Assembly (NCBI GenBank): GCA_965655095.1
Contig: OZ296654.1
Location: 76,880,001-76,944,000 of the forward strand
Direction of reading: 5' to 3'
Source: Haplodiscus bocki
Lineage: Eukaryota
Length of the DNA: 64,000 nucleotides
A model generated the notes under the pieces. The model saw only the letters and a program-made list of their open reading frames with translations, was not told where the DNA came from and made no database searches. Shown one piece after another: positions 36,050 through 50,400 of the stretch. Within the stretch, counting starts at the first letter, position 1. Each line of letters begins with the position of its first letter. Position numbers and translations under genes: made by a program.

Positions 36050-39000
36050 ACAGGCAGATCGATTCCAGACTTTATCCAGTCTGGAACAAAAATCTTTCCT
36101 CTGAAACAATGAAAATAGAAAAGTCTTTGATTTTTATATAACGAGTCAAAAAGAACGCATTTGAGACATAAAAACTTCAAAAAAGAGGTCCAAGCAACCT
36201 CGCAACTCTTGAAATCTTCCTACGTTGTAGATGTTACAATCAAAACTTGGTTACATTATTGACTACTACTAAATGGGAACAACACCTTTGCTTAGAATCG
36301 AGCCCGAAAAAAATTCAGAAATCTCAGATACAATCAAGAACTTTCCCTCAAAGTAAACTCAGTACGAACCATCGAAACTACTCAAAAACTTCGGGCAATG
36401 CATTTTCATTTAATAAAAACGGTTTTATCTTACAACGCGAGAGAAAACAAAACCGAAATCTGAAAAACAAGCGGAAATCTTTCGCAAAAACATCGTAAGA
36501 GAACAATTCAAATAAATCAGCAAAATTCCATGACGTTACCGGATGAATTAGATTAGGATGGACCCATTCTGAACAAAACAAAATGAAACAAACTTTCAAA
36601 CAAGAAGGGTGGAAGGTTGATAACCAATTTTTCAAACACAAATTAGATCACAAATCATAAATCACATTTTTTTCTCAAAGAAACTGAGATAATATTCACA
36701 CAAGCTAAACTAGAGGCTCTGAGGACTTTGAATATGAAAACTTGGAGATTGTCTCATTCCGACTACTAATAGTATGGAAAATGTTTTTATGAACAATGCC
36801 AGTGAAGGGTTTTTGTATTTTCAATTTCATGCATTCTTTTTTGCATTATATTTCATAACCAGCTGTAAAAAAGTATTCCGAATAAAATTCGAGTTCAAGA
36901 ACTGTGACAAAAAGATTGATGCATGCTGCATTAGAAAGGTCCTTTCCGGGGGCGATTTGAACAAATTCTTTTCTCTAGCAACTTTATCGGAGCAGTCCAG
37001 CATTTTGCAGTTAAGAACACTTGGGAAAGGAAAAGTTGGTTGACCACGATTCTAATATTGTGATCATCGCAAGTGCAATGCAAAGAGGACGCTGTACTAA
37101 GCAACCAATGTCGCCACAAAACCGACTCACTTTAAACGTTCATCAATTTATGAACGGCGTGACGGTTACATTGGGACTAACGAAGGCTGGTGGTTGCAGT
37201 ACAATCCCAAAAATACCAAAAGACACCATGTCAGTGATTCAACTGTTCCTTTTTTGATTGACTCACGCACAGAAAAGGCCGGGCTAAGTGTTGCTTCCGA
37301 AAAAGTTTTTGAAGAAGCACACAGCATATCAAAAGAAAAAAGTTCGTGACTTTCAAAAACGCGGTTTTATCTCCTATCAAGCAAGTGATATCAGATTGCA
37401 AGTGAAAATGAAAACGTCTTCAAAACAGACAACTGATGCAAACTTTTGTCCCGTCCGAGAAAAAAACTAGTTTTTTTTGGAAACAACTGAAATAGAACAA
37501 TCTTTGACTTTTGTAAAACAAGCTGAAAAAACTACGCAAGGAAAACAATAAAATTTCAGAAAGGAGGTCCAAGCATGGTCGCAACTCTTGCAACCTTTCC
37601 GTTCCATATATGGTTCAATCAGAACTTGCTCGACTTTATCCACTACTATTCTATGGGAACAACACAAATACTTAGCAATGAACCCGAGAAGAATCCACCA
37701 CTCTCAGATACATTGCCAAACGTTCCCTCACAAAAGTTCAGTATGAACCATCCAAAATACTGAAAAACTCTGGGCTCTGCGTTTTTATTAGGGAAAACCG
37801 TTTTATCATACAACTCAAGAGGAAACATATTGGAATTCCTGAAAACAATTCAAAATTTCTCGCAAAAAAATCCCATGCGCGAAATGTCATGGTTGTTAAC
37901 AGACGAAATAGTCTTGGATGCACCCATTCAACACAAAACTGATTGGAACAAAAATTCAACCAGGAAATTAAGAAGTTTGATCACCAAATATTCAGGCACA
38001 AAACAGACTTTTTCTCATGGAAAGTAAGAGAATATTCATACAAGCAAAACTGTAGGCTAGCTACCAATTTTAACTACCCTAGAATTGAGAATCAAAGCAC
38101 TTTTATGTTTGATTTGACCTTCAAGTGCAAGTTATTAGACATCCAATTTTTTAGTTCCTAGGTTTTACGACAAAATAAATGCGCATCAGTTCGAAAAAGA
38201 CAACAAAAGCTGAAACTGACATTCTTATCAACTAAGTTGATAATATGAAGCCCAAAGAAAAAGGGTTGGTAAGGTCATTACATGCTTTTCAATTCTCTCT
38301 GTTTGAAAGTTCAACAATCCGGAAAAAAATTCAAGCTGCAAATTTTAGTCCGTGAAACAAATGGTTGTTTTTGGAAAACACAATCCGTCCAGCAGGAGTG
38401 TATGTAGCTGTTTAGGTCAATTGGGAAAGTACAGTGGACAGAAAATGCCGGTAACTTTACGCGCACAAAATCAAAGTTTTTCTCAATCACCAACGACAAG
38501 CATTGCTTTCTAGAAAGCTTTTGAGGGAGCCCACAGCATATCAATTGGAAAAAGTTCATGACTTTGGAAAACGTGGTTATATCCTCTATTAAACAGGCAA
38601 AAGCACACTGCATCTGAAAATGAAATAGCCTTTACAACAGACAGATGGATGCAAACTTTTCTGCGGTCTGAGAAAAAAATTAGTTTTTTAAAAACAACGG
38701 AAGTAAAACAGTCTTCGATTTTTGTATAACGAGTTAAAAAACTACGCAACGAAAACAAAAAAACTTTAGAAACGAGGTCCGAGCAATCTGGCAGCTCTTG
38801 CAACCTTTCCGTTCCATATGTGGTTCAATCGCAACTTGCTTGACTTTATCCAATACTATTCCATGGAAACAACACAATTACTTAGGAACGAACCCGAAAA
38901 GAACCCAGAATTCTCAGATAGTATCCAGATTGTTTCCTCAAAAAAATCAGCACGAATCATCCAAACCAATGAAAAACTGTGGGCTCTGCATTTCGTTTAA

Positions 39001-39250
39001 GAAATACCGTTTTATCATCCAACTCGAGAAAAAAACACATTCCAATCCCCAAAAACCATGGAAAATTTCTCGTAAAAACTTCTTAGGAAAACAGTTCAAG
39101 TGACTCCGCGAAACTTCATGAATTAGTCATTGGATGAATTAGTGTGAGATGCACCCAATCGCCTTAATACCAATTGAAACAAACTTTCAAGTAAAAAAGA
39201 AGAACTTTGATGACAGAATATTCAATTTCAAGTTACATTTCTCCTCAAGG
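36050..39250 (+). repeat. Three diverged tandem copies of an approximately 600-bp core spaced 1.2-1.4 kb apart
   Basis: The anchor GAGGTCC(A/G)AGCA...GCA(A/G)CTCTTG occurs at about 36185, 37564 and 38774, with alignable sequence on both sides. Confidence 0.85.
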
Positions 39251-40759
39251 AAGTAGTAAGATGAACCATACAATCTACACTGCAGGCAGGAGAAACTCCG
39301 AATGATGGAACAAGAATGAGGTGTTCCCATTCCGACCACTAATTGTATGGAGAGGGCTCTCATTAACAATGCAAGTATAGGGTCCTTTGCTTTCTCTGTT
39401 TTATGCAAAAGTCTTTGCATTAAAATCTATAACCGGCTATCAGAAACTAGTTCTAGCAAAATTCGAATTGGAGAACTGTGGCAAAAAAAACCGTGAATGC
39501 TGCCCCAGATAAGTCATTTCGAGGCAATATCTGAATCGTTTCTGTTTTTTTGCATTTTCGCCGTAGCAGCGCAGCCGTTTGCAGATTTGTACGCTCAGAG
39601 GAGGATGTGTTGGTCGACTACGATTCCAATAACTTGCTCATCACAAGTGGTACGCAAACACGAATGTATTCTGCGCAACGACTGAAGTCACAAAACCGAT
39701 TCACTTTGAACCTTTGTTAAATTATAGGCGGCGTAGTGATTACATTGGAAACTAACAAAATCCATTAGTTCTTAGCGTTACAAACTGCTGTACAATCCCA
39801 AAAGTAACAGTAGACACCGTGTCATTGAATTAACCGTCTAGTTTTTTTTCGTCCGGACTCGTGCACAGAAATTGCCGGGGTAACCATTCCTTTCGAGAAA
39901 AATTTGAGAAAGCGCAGAGCATATCTAATGGAAAAGGCTTGTCACAAAGCCGCAAAGTGAAGCAATCATTTGTCGACTACAAGTAAGGATATTCCGCGCA
40001 AAAAACTACCGCTGACCAATTCTGCCACTTTGAAAGGACCTCCAATTAGAGGATATAAACTAGATAGACAGAATGGAAGGAATGCTTGCAGTAGACATTA
40101 TTCAGTATTACGTAGTACAAGCTGAAAAAAAATATACAAAAAGTCAAAACATTGCTTCGTAGTTCATGTCTTCCAGGCAACCAGCTGTTGAACAAATCAC
40201 AAATTGACAGAATTTGATTACAAGCTTTCAAGAAAAACACTTTCGATGGACGAGGAGTGGAAGAATCTCCGCTTTCTCAATTACACATTGCATATTTTTC
40301 AAGTGACGTTCCGGAAAAGATTAACCAAAGCCACGGAAGATGACTTTCAGTTAGTGAGAAAAGCAATTTGTGCTAGATTGATCCAATTCTACTAGTGCTA
40401 ATCAAGGAAAGCACCTTTGGAACAACGACAAAATTCGAAACATCCTTTCATTCTCAAACCTAAATTGAGTTATTTCCCATTATTTAACAAAAAATAGGCC
40501 ATCCCTGTTGCTAAACAGCAACTCCCAACAATGAGATTTTTGTTGTCCATTGAACGAGCATGGTTCGACTTCTGGTTTTCGGGAAAAGAACACCTCAACG
40601 CCATTAGTGAAAACGTTTTCGATTTTTCAAAAACAAGTCGAGGTGGTCCAGATTGAAGGTTGGAAAAAGACAATCCCGGTTTCTCATGAGCTGCCAGCAA
40701 CAAATACAAATGAAGAGTTTTTGAACCAAAACAAGATAAGTGAAATCTGACCAGTGGTA

Positions 40760-41440
40760 AAAAAAATCTGTTTTCGTCGAAACGGCAGAATTAAAAGGAT
40801 GTTTGAGCTTTCGAACACTAAAAGTGATAGTTCCCTTCATCTGTTAAAACGAAACCATCTGAGCCGTCAATTAGCAGGTCCGAAAGACCAGTTTCATATT
40901 GAACCTTCAATGAGCGTAATTTGAGTACTTGATTCCGAGAAAGCACATTTAAAAAACGACAAAAGTGTATACTTTTTCGATTTCTCAAACAGATGTGAAG
41001 ATCATTCAAACTGAGGGTCAAAAGGAGACGCTTCCCGCTGCTCATTAGAAGCTCTCGGCAAAACGTACCAGAAAAAAGTTTTTAAATGAACAAAACATAA
41101 GTGCAATCCGTCCTGTTGTCAAGACAGGAAAAAAATTATCGCGGGAAAAAATGTTTGAGCTTTTGAACACAAATTGAGATACCTCTCATTAACTATTAGA
41201 AAAGATCAACCTGAAAAACTAGTCAGCACCTTCAAATTCTCCTAATGCTTGTTAAAGGAGCGTAATTTTACCTGTTGATATTAAGAAGACACATTCAAAG
41301 AACGAAAAAAGTGAAAACAATTCCGACTTTTCCAACACAAATAAAGATGACTCAAAATGAAGGTCGGAAAACGGCAAAACTGCTCATCAAAAAAAACCAA
41401 GCAGCAAGCAGTTGAATAAACCCTTCCATTTTTCCCTTTT
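40760..41440 (+). repeat. Diverged approximately 350-bp tandem duplication
   Basis: GTTTGAGCTTT.GAACAC at 40801 and 41153; GAGCGTAATTT at 40912 and 41258; CTGCTCAT at 41038 and 41380. Confidence 0.7.
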
Positions 41441-41559
41441 AAAATAATTTTACGAACGATAATTAAAAAAAGAACGAGTTTTCAAGTACAAATCACGTTT
41501 TTTTCCCAAAATAGTTACACGACGTAGTATGCAGTCTATTCCGTGTAAAACTCAAGTTG

Positions 41560-42060
41560 CAAGCACATAAACCAGTTATAGATGAACCAATTGCAATTGA
41601 TAGTCAGAGCAAAACGAAATTAACAGACAATGGAAAACTGTTTGCATTTTTTCAATCTCATGTCAACAGTATTCGCGAAACATTTCCAAAACGGATTACC
41701 CAAGGTACTTGGAAGATAATTTGGACTTCGGCAATTGAATCAACTCCCGATGTACTAAATTGGACTCTTAGTTCAAGTAACAAACACTGCTAACGAAAGA
41801 CACAGGCAGAAACATTGCTGATTTTCCAATTGGAAATTAAAAGTTCCTTTATTCCGAAAAACGTACTGCTATAGTTCAATCCCTCAAGCTAAACAAGAAA
41901 CGAAGCTCTTTTAATAATTGTGGAGAAATGACACAAGAAACAACCCGCTTTCAATAAATATTAACGAGTTCTTGCGTTTTCAAGCAAGGCATAGTTTGCG
42001 AATTGAAGCACGGAAAAAAACGAAAGCTTTCCGCAATACACTTCACTTCGCTTTTCTTGA
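41560..42060 (+). pseudogene. Possible penton C-terminal remnant
   Basis: HSLRIEARKKTKAFRNTLHF resembles the SI.IEL....G..PF....TLHF end of Polinton minor capsids. Confidence 0.25.
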
Positions 42061-42899
42061 GTTAGCATGTAAATTCCAGATTCGTTGTAAAAAACGGCAA
42101 TTGTTTAGGCAACACCATTTCTTTAAGCGACAAAACTATGTTTTTTACTCTTTGGAAGATATTTGGGGGAACGGTTTTGAATGAATTGTATCCTAAAAAG
42201 TATTCATTAGAGCTTCTGAATATCAAAACTGCAAAAGAATGCCTGAAAATGTAACTGTCCGACGTTTGCTGTATAATTCGCACGGTACTGAAAAACAGCA
42301 AAGCTACGCCGGGCAACATTCACGACACCCTAAAACCTACTTCCCTCAATCCAATATGAACAAAATATCAAACTAATTCACATAGCTAACAAAAACTAGC
42401 AAAAGTCTGGGTTTATAAGCAATTCGTAGAAGACTAATAAGTTATGGCCCACCAGTTGTTAGCACTCCTTTTTTGGTTGCTTGAAGGAGGTCCCTATTAG
42501 CCGCACCTAAACACCAGTTTCCGAGAAATACATTTGAAGAGTGTATACTCGAACGATAGACCAATCGAAGTTCAAACCTTCCGTGGAAAAATATGGCAAC
42601 AACAATCGTTTTTTTTTTCAAAATAAAACTCTGACATACGAGGCGTTAGAGCACTTCTGGGTAGTCCTTATAAAACAAGTAGCCTTCAAAAAAACCTTTT
42701 CGAAGACCCACCCAACACGAAAAACGTTTTTGTAAATTTTCTGGATTTTCAAACTTAGGACTTTCGGCAAAGTCCAAAAAACAAGCCCTAGTTTCTACTT
42801 GCCTATTCCTCAAAAATGCGAGTGGTAAATGAGTATGAAAAACGGTTCGATTTGTAGGCAATCAAATCCTTTTTCTCCTTTTGATGGACAACCACTGCA

Positions 42900-43290
42900 A
42901 AAACATCTTTTTATTTCAAGTTATCATTTTTGCTCTGAACATCCATAATACATCATCCCTAACTTTGCCGATCCGACAGGGGAAAAATTTATATGAACCT
43001 GAAAAGTTGCAGTCTGTTTCTTATTTGTCCAGAGAACTAGTATCAAGAAGCTAGGCGTTTTATTGCTCGATTTCAAATTGAACTGTTCCGCACTGCAATT
43101 AACAAGTAGTCACTTCCATCATGGCTACGACAAAAGCTTGAATAACTTTGGAAGGAGCTCTGACTGGATGCAATCCGACGAATAGCTTCCTTAATCACTT
43201 TGAACGGATGAAAAGAACGAGATCTTAATTTTCTTTTTAACAGTCCCAGGAAATCCAATAAACTCAAAAATACAGCTCTGCTACCCAATA
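42900..43290 (-). pseudogene. Polinton-type integrase remnant
   Basis: RSFHPFKV...SSFCRSHDGSDYLLIAV (cf. RKF.R.KV...NDG..YLL.AVD), then LSDRQ at the SD.G.EF position (about 42965-42985). Confidence 0.5.
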
Positions 43291-44199
43291 GAAACTGCAG
43301 ACAGGAGAGCTTTCAATTGATCAGCTGACTAGATGTAATGCGGCCACTGGTCTCCGAGGAAATACTTCCAATGAACAGTGCAAAAAATTCAAGACTTGTA
43401 ATTATTTTTCAAGATATAGGAGCTATAGACCTTCCCTGCAACTATACAAAGCATCTATGAACTTCTCAAAACGGTCTTTTACCTGGAATTTTTTGTGTAA
43501 AAAGTTTGAGATGTTGACCTTCTGAGTCAGCGCCCTGGCATTGTTTACGCAAGGTTTACTTTGTTGGTATCCAATTCCGCGGTCCCATGATGATATTCGA
43601 GTAAAATTAATGTTGGTATTCGGATTTATAACTCCTTTGATACGATCAGCGTTTACAGTAGCAGTTTCCTACGCTTTCGACTTCAGACAAGCCAGCTAAA
43701 AAAACGAACTTCCGCAAAACACGCTTCCTCGTTCTTCACTCGTGTAAAAATAAAAACGATTGTAAACTAGATATTTTCTCAACCAAAAGTAAGCATTTCC
43801 GATAGTTTAGTCAATATTCATGTTCAGTCAATATCGATTCATGCGATATTGAAATCAGTCAATTTATGCAAAGTAGCTGCATTCTTCTATTACACTATTG
43901 AATTTGGTTAGGAAAAATCCCTCCGCGCTGTTTTCGTTGCAGTGAAAAAAAATTCTAATGATTGTACCAACTTCTCGTCCCAAAAGCCAGCATTTTGCGA
44001 AAACCAAAGGCCGAACCCTTTGAATGATTTTGAGCCATAAAGCGACGGCTACTTCAGCCGTTGTAGGTTTGTTTCAATTTAATTTGCCTTAATGAAGAAG
44101 TTGATAGTGCTCCGAATTCATCTTTAATAGGCCATCTTTCACTTTTTCATAGCTATAGGGTATTTTCAAAAAGTAACTTGAACCTACTCCTATTTTCAG

Positions 44200-45000
44200 A
44201 AATAATGGAAACAGTCGTAGACTGTCATTTCAGGGACGTTTGGACAGAAGTTTCAAATTTCAATGCACCCGAGAAAGAAGAAACTCATAGAAGCGAAACT
44301 TGTTTCATTTGAAACTTGAATTCATTAAAATTCATTTCAAAATTAAGTTTTTGGTTCGGACTTTATTTTTCCACAAAATTAGTCTATCACTCAAGAAATC
44401 AAGTTTTTTTGATAATTTTCCAAGTCAATGTTTTTAGTAAATCCAAAGACATGTTACATAACAAAAGTAGAAAAAACTTTGAGATTTTTCAAAAGTTGCT
44501 GTAAACTGACTCAAAAGATTGTTTTCTGCACTTTTGGACATTTAAAGAGAAAAATTTTGTCTTTGTTGCATCATGTCAGGCAGTAAATTTCCAGGTCAAA
44601 TGTTTTCAGAGAAGGACAAAAAACCTTTCCCGTTAGAACCTTTATTTCCCCAGCACATTTTTGCACAATGATTAAAGTGCCCTCATTTTCCACTTAAATC
44701 CATCTATGGAAGGTCTGTGTTGGGTAAGGGTGAACATAATAGGAATCAAGGATGCTAGGCATTAAACGCTGAGAAATTACCAAGTAAAAAACAGAAAATT
44801 AAACTTTCATGTAAGCTGATTGGTTCTTGTAAAAGCAACCATGCGAATAAAACTGAAACTTTGGAGGAGCCTTCGTTTAGCAGTCAATCAATAGTCAGCT
44901 GAATCACTTCTCGCCCCTTCTTGAAAGCGAATTGAACTACTCAAGCGCACGATGTCCATCCAGCTCGTAGGTAACCGAAAGTAATTGGAAACCTTCCCCA
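44200..45000 (+). repeat. Dispersed repeat, copy 1 (about 0.8 kb)
   Basis: Colinear similarity with 49080-49905, for example CTGTCATTTC.GGGACGTTTGG, TTCGGACTTTA.TTTTCCAC, GTGCCCTCATTTT and ACCGAAAGTAA.TGGAAACCTT. Confidence 0.85.
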
Positions 45001-46400
45001 GTTTAGCAGAAATAAAATTGTGGTTGATGAATTCAATGAGTCATGAAGTTTCAGAGTGACATTAATGGAACAAAAGTTGCAATAAAAGGTTAAATTTGTG
45101 GAATTTGCACATGCGTTGGAATTGGTGCACAAAAAATTAATCTTTGCAGACATGTACGATCATTCACTTGAATCGACATTTCGGGGCTTCCAAATTAAGT
45201 AAAACGTTTAATTCTGCAAAAGTAAACCAAGAATTTTCATCATTTCTGAAAGTCGTTAGATAAAATTCTTGACTTTTGCTGTGAGGGACACCGGTAAACC
45301 TTGTGGAAGCAGAACTAACTTGAGGAAACAGACGAATTTGATTTCCTCATTCAACTTTTTGACAACCTGACCTGCATCAAATTCCAAAATGTTCAATAAT
45401 TGTCACAGTTACGTAATTTATTCAAATTGAAGTGTTGAATTTTGAGGCATTAAACGATAGCTTAAGGTCTTGTTTGACTTTCTGCTTCATCTCAAATGGG
45501 AAGTAACAACAAGGAATGGAGACTAAAGCAAGACCGCTGAGAATTATATTCACACACACACACAATCACATTTGTCGACTTTTCGGGACGTACGGGATTT
45601 GACTCCCAGTACCTGGAAAATTGAGTTCCCTGAAGTTATGCCGCTTTTTGCCTGATTCAGCTAAGCCCGCTTTCACTTATAAATCAGTAATATTTGAATT
45701 GTGAGATCATTCTCTGAAGACTGGGCAAAACAAAGTTGAACCGACAGATTGATGATCAGTCGATTTGAATTTGTTTAGTATAAACAAATATCAAATGGAG
45801 CCTTTAATTCATCTTCATTCATTTTATATTCCAAACCAGCGAACAAAGAATTCACATCATCAGAATGCTTGCTCAGACAAAGATCAAAAAATGAACTTTT
45901 CTGGCAGATGTAAAAGGGTATGCAGTAATCAAAAAAAGTAATCGAGCATTCTAAAATAACCGATTCATCAATCAAGCATTTCTACTGCCATTCGATTTTT
46001 GAAATAAAGCACGTTATTTTCGGCAAAATGTTCCCTGTAAAACTTAAAAAAAAACTGGAATGAAAATAACAAAAACATATCTGAATCTTGATGAAAATAC
46101 CGAAACTGCAGTTGAACAGTCAAATTTGGGCCTCAATTGCTAATAGACCGAAAATTAGTGACCTAAAGATTCACTAAAAACACTTAGTACAGTGCTTTTC
46201 TCGTAGGTTTTCAATAATCCTCCTTATCGATCAATAATCGATCGAATAGAAAGAACTGAATATCGCACACCCTTACAGATGAAGAATACAGCTAAGTTTC
46301 AATTGTCTGCAGCACGAATTACCCGAAGGCTGTAAGTTAGGACACGCTCATTTCTTTGAAGGTGATCAATCTACGATTGAACTCCTTCTGGTGTTATTTT
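45000..46400 (-). mobile_element. Decayed LINE (RT region)
   Basis: FTGVPHS (about 45278-45300; cf. SGVPQGS), a downstream YADD-position segment followed by FCSIN, and upstream SSFFDLCL. Confidence 0.5.
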
Positions 46401-47415
46401 TGATTTATTACAAGTTATCTTCCATGCAATGCCTCTTTCAAGTTTCGACTTTCAAAATCCGCTAAGAATCTACTTGGTCAAAGTCATTACCACTAAAAAT
46501 TCTTTCGAACGATAAAATTTGCAGTTTACTTTTTCACCGACAGGATAGTTTTGTACAATCGAGATCTTTCTGTTTGGAAAACGACTGTGCGACTCAAAAA
46601 GGTGTCTGGGATTTGAGGAGATGTTGATTTCAAAGTTTAGTTGAAGGGTTGGAATTATATTTGAGAATAGCATCTTATAAAATATTTTGATACAATGCAG
46701 ATAATCAATCAGCAATAAATTTCATAATCCGAGTGACAGACGGAACAGTATCATCTGACAAGATTTTCTTCAATAAAATAAAAATAGGAAACAGGGTTTC
46801 TATGAAGGGGGAATAGCAGAGAAGGGGTTGGTCAGATTAGACTCTATTCATAATTTATAAATGACGTGGCTGAATTGAACGAGACAAGAAAGAATCAGGC
46901 AGTGCTGGAAATGACCGAAGAAGTATTTCCGTCATTGCCAGAAATGCCTTCTCGGACTACTACTAATACCGTTTTCGGGCATGGTTTCGCATACATTTAT
47001 TGACGCCCAGTCACGCATTCAAAAAAGTTCAATTTCTTTTCCGCAGATAGTTGGACAGTGAATGGAACAATTTCAAAAGTATCTTTTAAAGTTTATTGGT
47101 TTTGATTTTTTGAGCCCCGAACGATCCATTCTCAAAAACTGGCGTTCCATTATAATTCTGAAAGTATTAAAATAATCGCAAATAAATATCTCAAATAATC
47201 ACGACCGTTTTCAGAGAAATATCACCGAAAAAATTCTTCGTCATGTAACAAGTGTTGAAGCCACTGATTGCAAACAATTGTAAACAAAAGTAGACAACCC
47301 AAGAAACAATCAGCTTTTCTACTGCATCTAATTATTTCAAAGATGTTCATGACTTGTGTCTAGCCTGTCACTTCGGATACTTCTTTGTATAGGTTGCATA
47401 TTTCTGGTTGCTAGT

Positions 47416-50400
47416 TCATTTCATTCTCACAACCATCGATTTCATTTTGGGTTGATTGCGTTTCTTCTCTCGTTTTGCTTGTGCGTCCTAAAACAAAAAG
47501 TAAACAATCATACCCACATTCTAAACCACTGTTCAGGACATGATCGATATGCTCTTTACAAGCTCGGGCATTAAAGATTTACATATTTAGCAACCATTTC
47601 TTCATATATTTACGAAAATCACCCATCTATTGTCAGCCAATCAATGTTCCTGGTCATTTCCATAGATGATTGCAGAAAAATTATTACAGAAGCGGAGCCT
47701 ATCGACGCCAACGAGACGTCAAAAGGACATCAGTTCTTTCCCAACGTGAAAACACGGGGCTGTTTACATCCTGAAAACGCAAAAAACCTCGGACCTTCTC
47801 AGCTTTCCAGAGGCCTTCTTCGGAGGAAAAGGAGAATTGGTTTCATTCAGTTCCCAAAAATGGATCGATTAACAAAGAAGATTGAACCTAGTGCGCCGCA
47901 AGTCTTGAAGGTTTTTACATGAGCACTGGATGGCTGCAATACCGGAAAAAGAACTTCGAAAAAAGACCCACTAAAAACAATTGAATTAGAAAACAAGTTG
48001 AAAAACTTCATTTGAAAAAAATGAAATCCATGTAGAGGGTTGTCCCATTTTCTTCGCAGTTGCTCTATTTTCGGGCTTTCGAATGAGCACTAGATAGGCT
48101 CAATGCAACCGTGAGTGCACGAGCAAATCATCTTTGAACAAAGATGCAAATAAAAACAGACACCAAGGTTGCAAGCATTAAGCGCCAGAAAATTGGACAC
48201 AGATACGAGGCTGAGCTTCGCAAATTCTTGCCACCGAAAACAAACCTCTTGCTGAAATTTGTCAAAATATCTTTGAAGTAATGATAACACCAAAACTGAC
48301 GAAAGACAGCAATTGTTTTGAGATTCAAAATGCTGTACAATCTAAAACTAAGATGCTCAGTTGGTGATTGAAAATTTTAATTTCTCCATATCCCACGTGC
48401 AACAACCGATATCTAATCCTGAATGATCGATAACACTTTTGAAGAACAACGCCGCGCATTCAAAGAAAATAACTTTAGACGAAAGATGGAAGATAAAACT
48501 GGTCTAATTAATAGAGCACGTGTCCAGATAATTAACATTAAAAAGGAAGAGACCAACTCTGGCACTAAAAAATGAACACAGGCTAAATGGGCGAATGCAA
48601 TGAATAGTTTTACTAAATACTTATGACGAAAGACCAATTAAGAGTCCTTCTATTTGCCTATTGCGGGCATCAAGAACACAGTATTCAACAATAACGACTT
48701 CGACAAACGACACAACTAACAAAATCTCACCGATTTCTCGATGACCAGTTAAAATATTTCGGGCTGAAAGTTGAAAATAGACATCCCAGCTGCTCATCAA
48801 AAACTACAGGCGGCGAGGAGTTAATCAGCTCTGGATGAACCCAATCTGAGCATTAGCAATAAAAAACTATTTCAACGAACGACCAGACAATACACCATCG
48901 ATGTTCCAAACACAAGTTACGGTATTTCGCGACAAAATTTCAAATACGAACCGCTATAGTTCATTTCATCATTCCAAGGGAGAAAATAAGCTTGATATTA
49001 GGTCATGTGAAGAAAATTTTGACAGACAACTCTATATGATAATTTCAAGCAGTAATTCAAACTTGCTCTCACTTTCAGAGGTATTACATACAGTCTCAAT
49101 CTGTCATTTCCGGGACGTTTGGCCAGACTACTTTTAAGATTCCATACACGCAAGAAAACGATATTAAAATCTCAAAGAAGCAAAACTTGTTTTTGAAGTT
49201 GTAGCATTTTAGTTCATTTCAAAATTGATAGTTTTTATTTCGTTCGGACTTTAATTTTCCACTAAATTCTAAAGTATATTACTCAAGAAATCATATTTTT
49301 ATTCATAATTTCCAAAGACAAATTATTTGTCAGTCCAAAGATATATGATACATAAAAGTAGAATAGAAATATTCCTTTTTGACATGTTTTTAAATGAGAC
49401 TCAAAATTCTCAGTTGGTCTTTGTAGCATCATGTCAGTCAAAAAAGTTCCAGTTCAAAGAAAAGCAAACCCTAAAATGTGACTTTCTAGAGTGAAATCCT
49501 GTGTTAGAACCGTAAAAAAATTCTGCTCGTAATATTTCTTCCAGCATAATTTAAACTTTGACTAAGGTGCCCTCATTTTTCTGTTCACTGAAATTCATCT
49601 TTGCCAGATGTGTCACGGGTGACTGCGTCAAAAAACGTAGGCATCAAGGATTCTAGGAATTATGCGCTTATAAATTAGAAAGTTAAAAACAAAGGAAGAA
49701 AAACTTTCGAATAAACTGATAGGTAATTTTGAAAAGCAATCATGCAAAACATTGAGAAGTTTTGAGAAAATCTCAATTGGCCGTCAATCATAACTGAACT
49801 GATTTAGTTATCGCCCCTACTTGAAAAATAATTAATTAAACTATCAAAGTGGATGAGTATAATCCAGTTCGCAGTTGACCGAAAGTAAATGGAAACCTTA
49901 CCAGCTTCGTCGGCAAAGAAAGCTGTTTTCGCTTGCTTTAGAGCGCGAAAAAGATACGTTTCACCGGAAAAATATTCTACTGTTTCGATCAAATAACGAT
50001 TATCTTTAGGGCGAGAAATAGTGCGCAGTAGAACTGAGCAGACACAGCTGAGCACGTGCATCGAGCAAGGCAATGCAACTGCACGCGAGCAATTTGATAG
50101 ACTTGTCTACGATCGTAATAAGTACCTCCATATCCGTGTTTATAGCCCTTGCCAATGTAATACAGATGCAATATGTGCTTCAGAAACGATTGAACGATCA
50201 AAGGTGTCCCAGAAAATCACATCCGAAAACAATCTTCAAACGTACCTAAAAGTTAAAATTGAAAATCTTTCCGGATAAGGTGAAAAATGGACATCCCTAG
50301 CTCGCAGTAGTTTTTCCCAAATGCGTGTAAGTGAAGTGAGAAAAGGATGATTGCAATCTGCGCAGGCTTGTCGAAAATCTTCAAAAACATATTTCTGCCA

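Noticed and set aside
36063-36086. Perfect 9-bp inverted repeat TTCCAGACT...AGTCTGGAA
   Set aside because: Not conserved at the homologous position of the other two repeat copies, so likely chance.
36050-39250. CRISPR-like or coding tandem array
   Set aside because: Units are over 1 kb, diverged, and lack both repeat-spacer structure and a conserved ORF.
45551-45564. (CA)7 microsatellite
   Set aside because: Short and ordinary.
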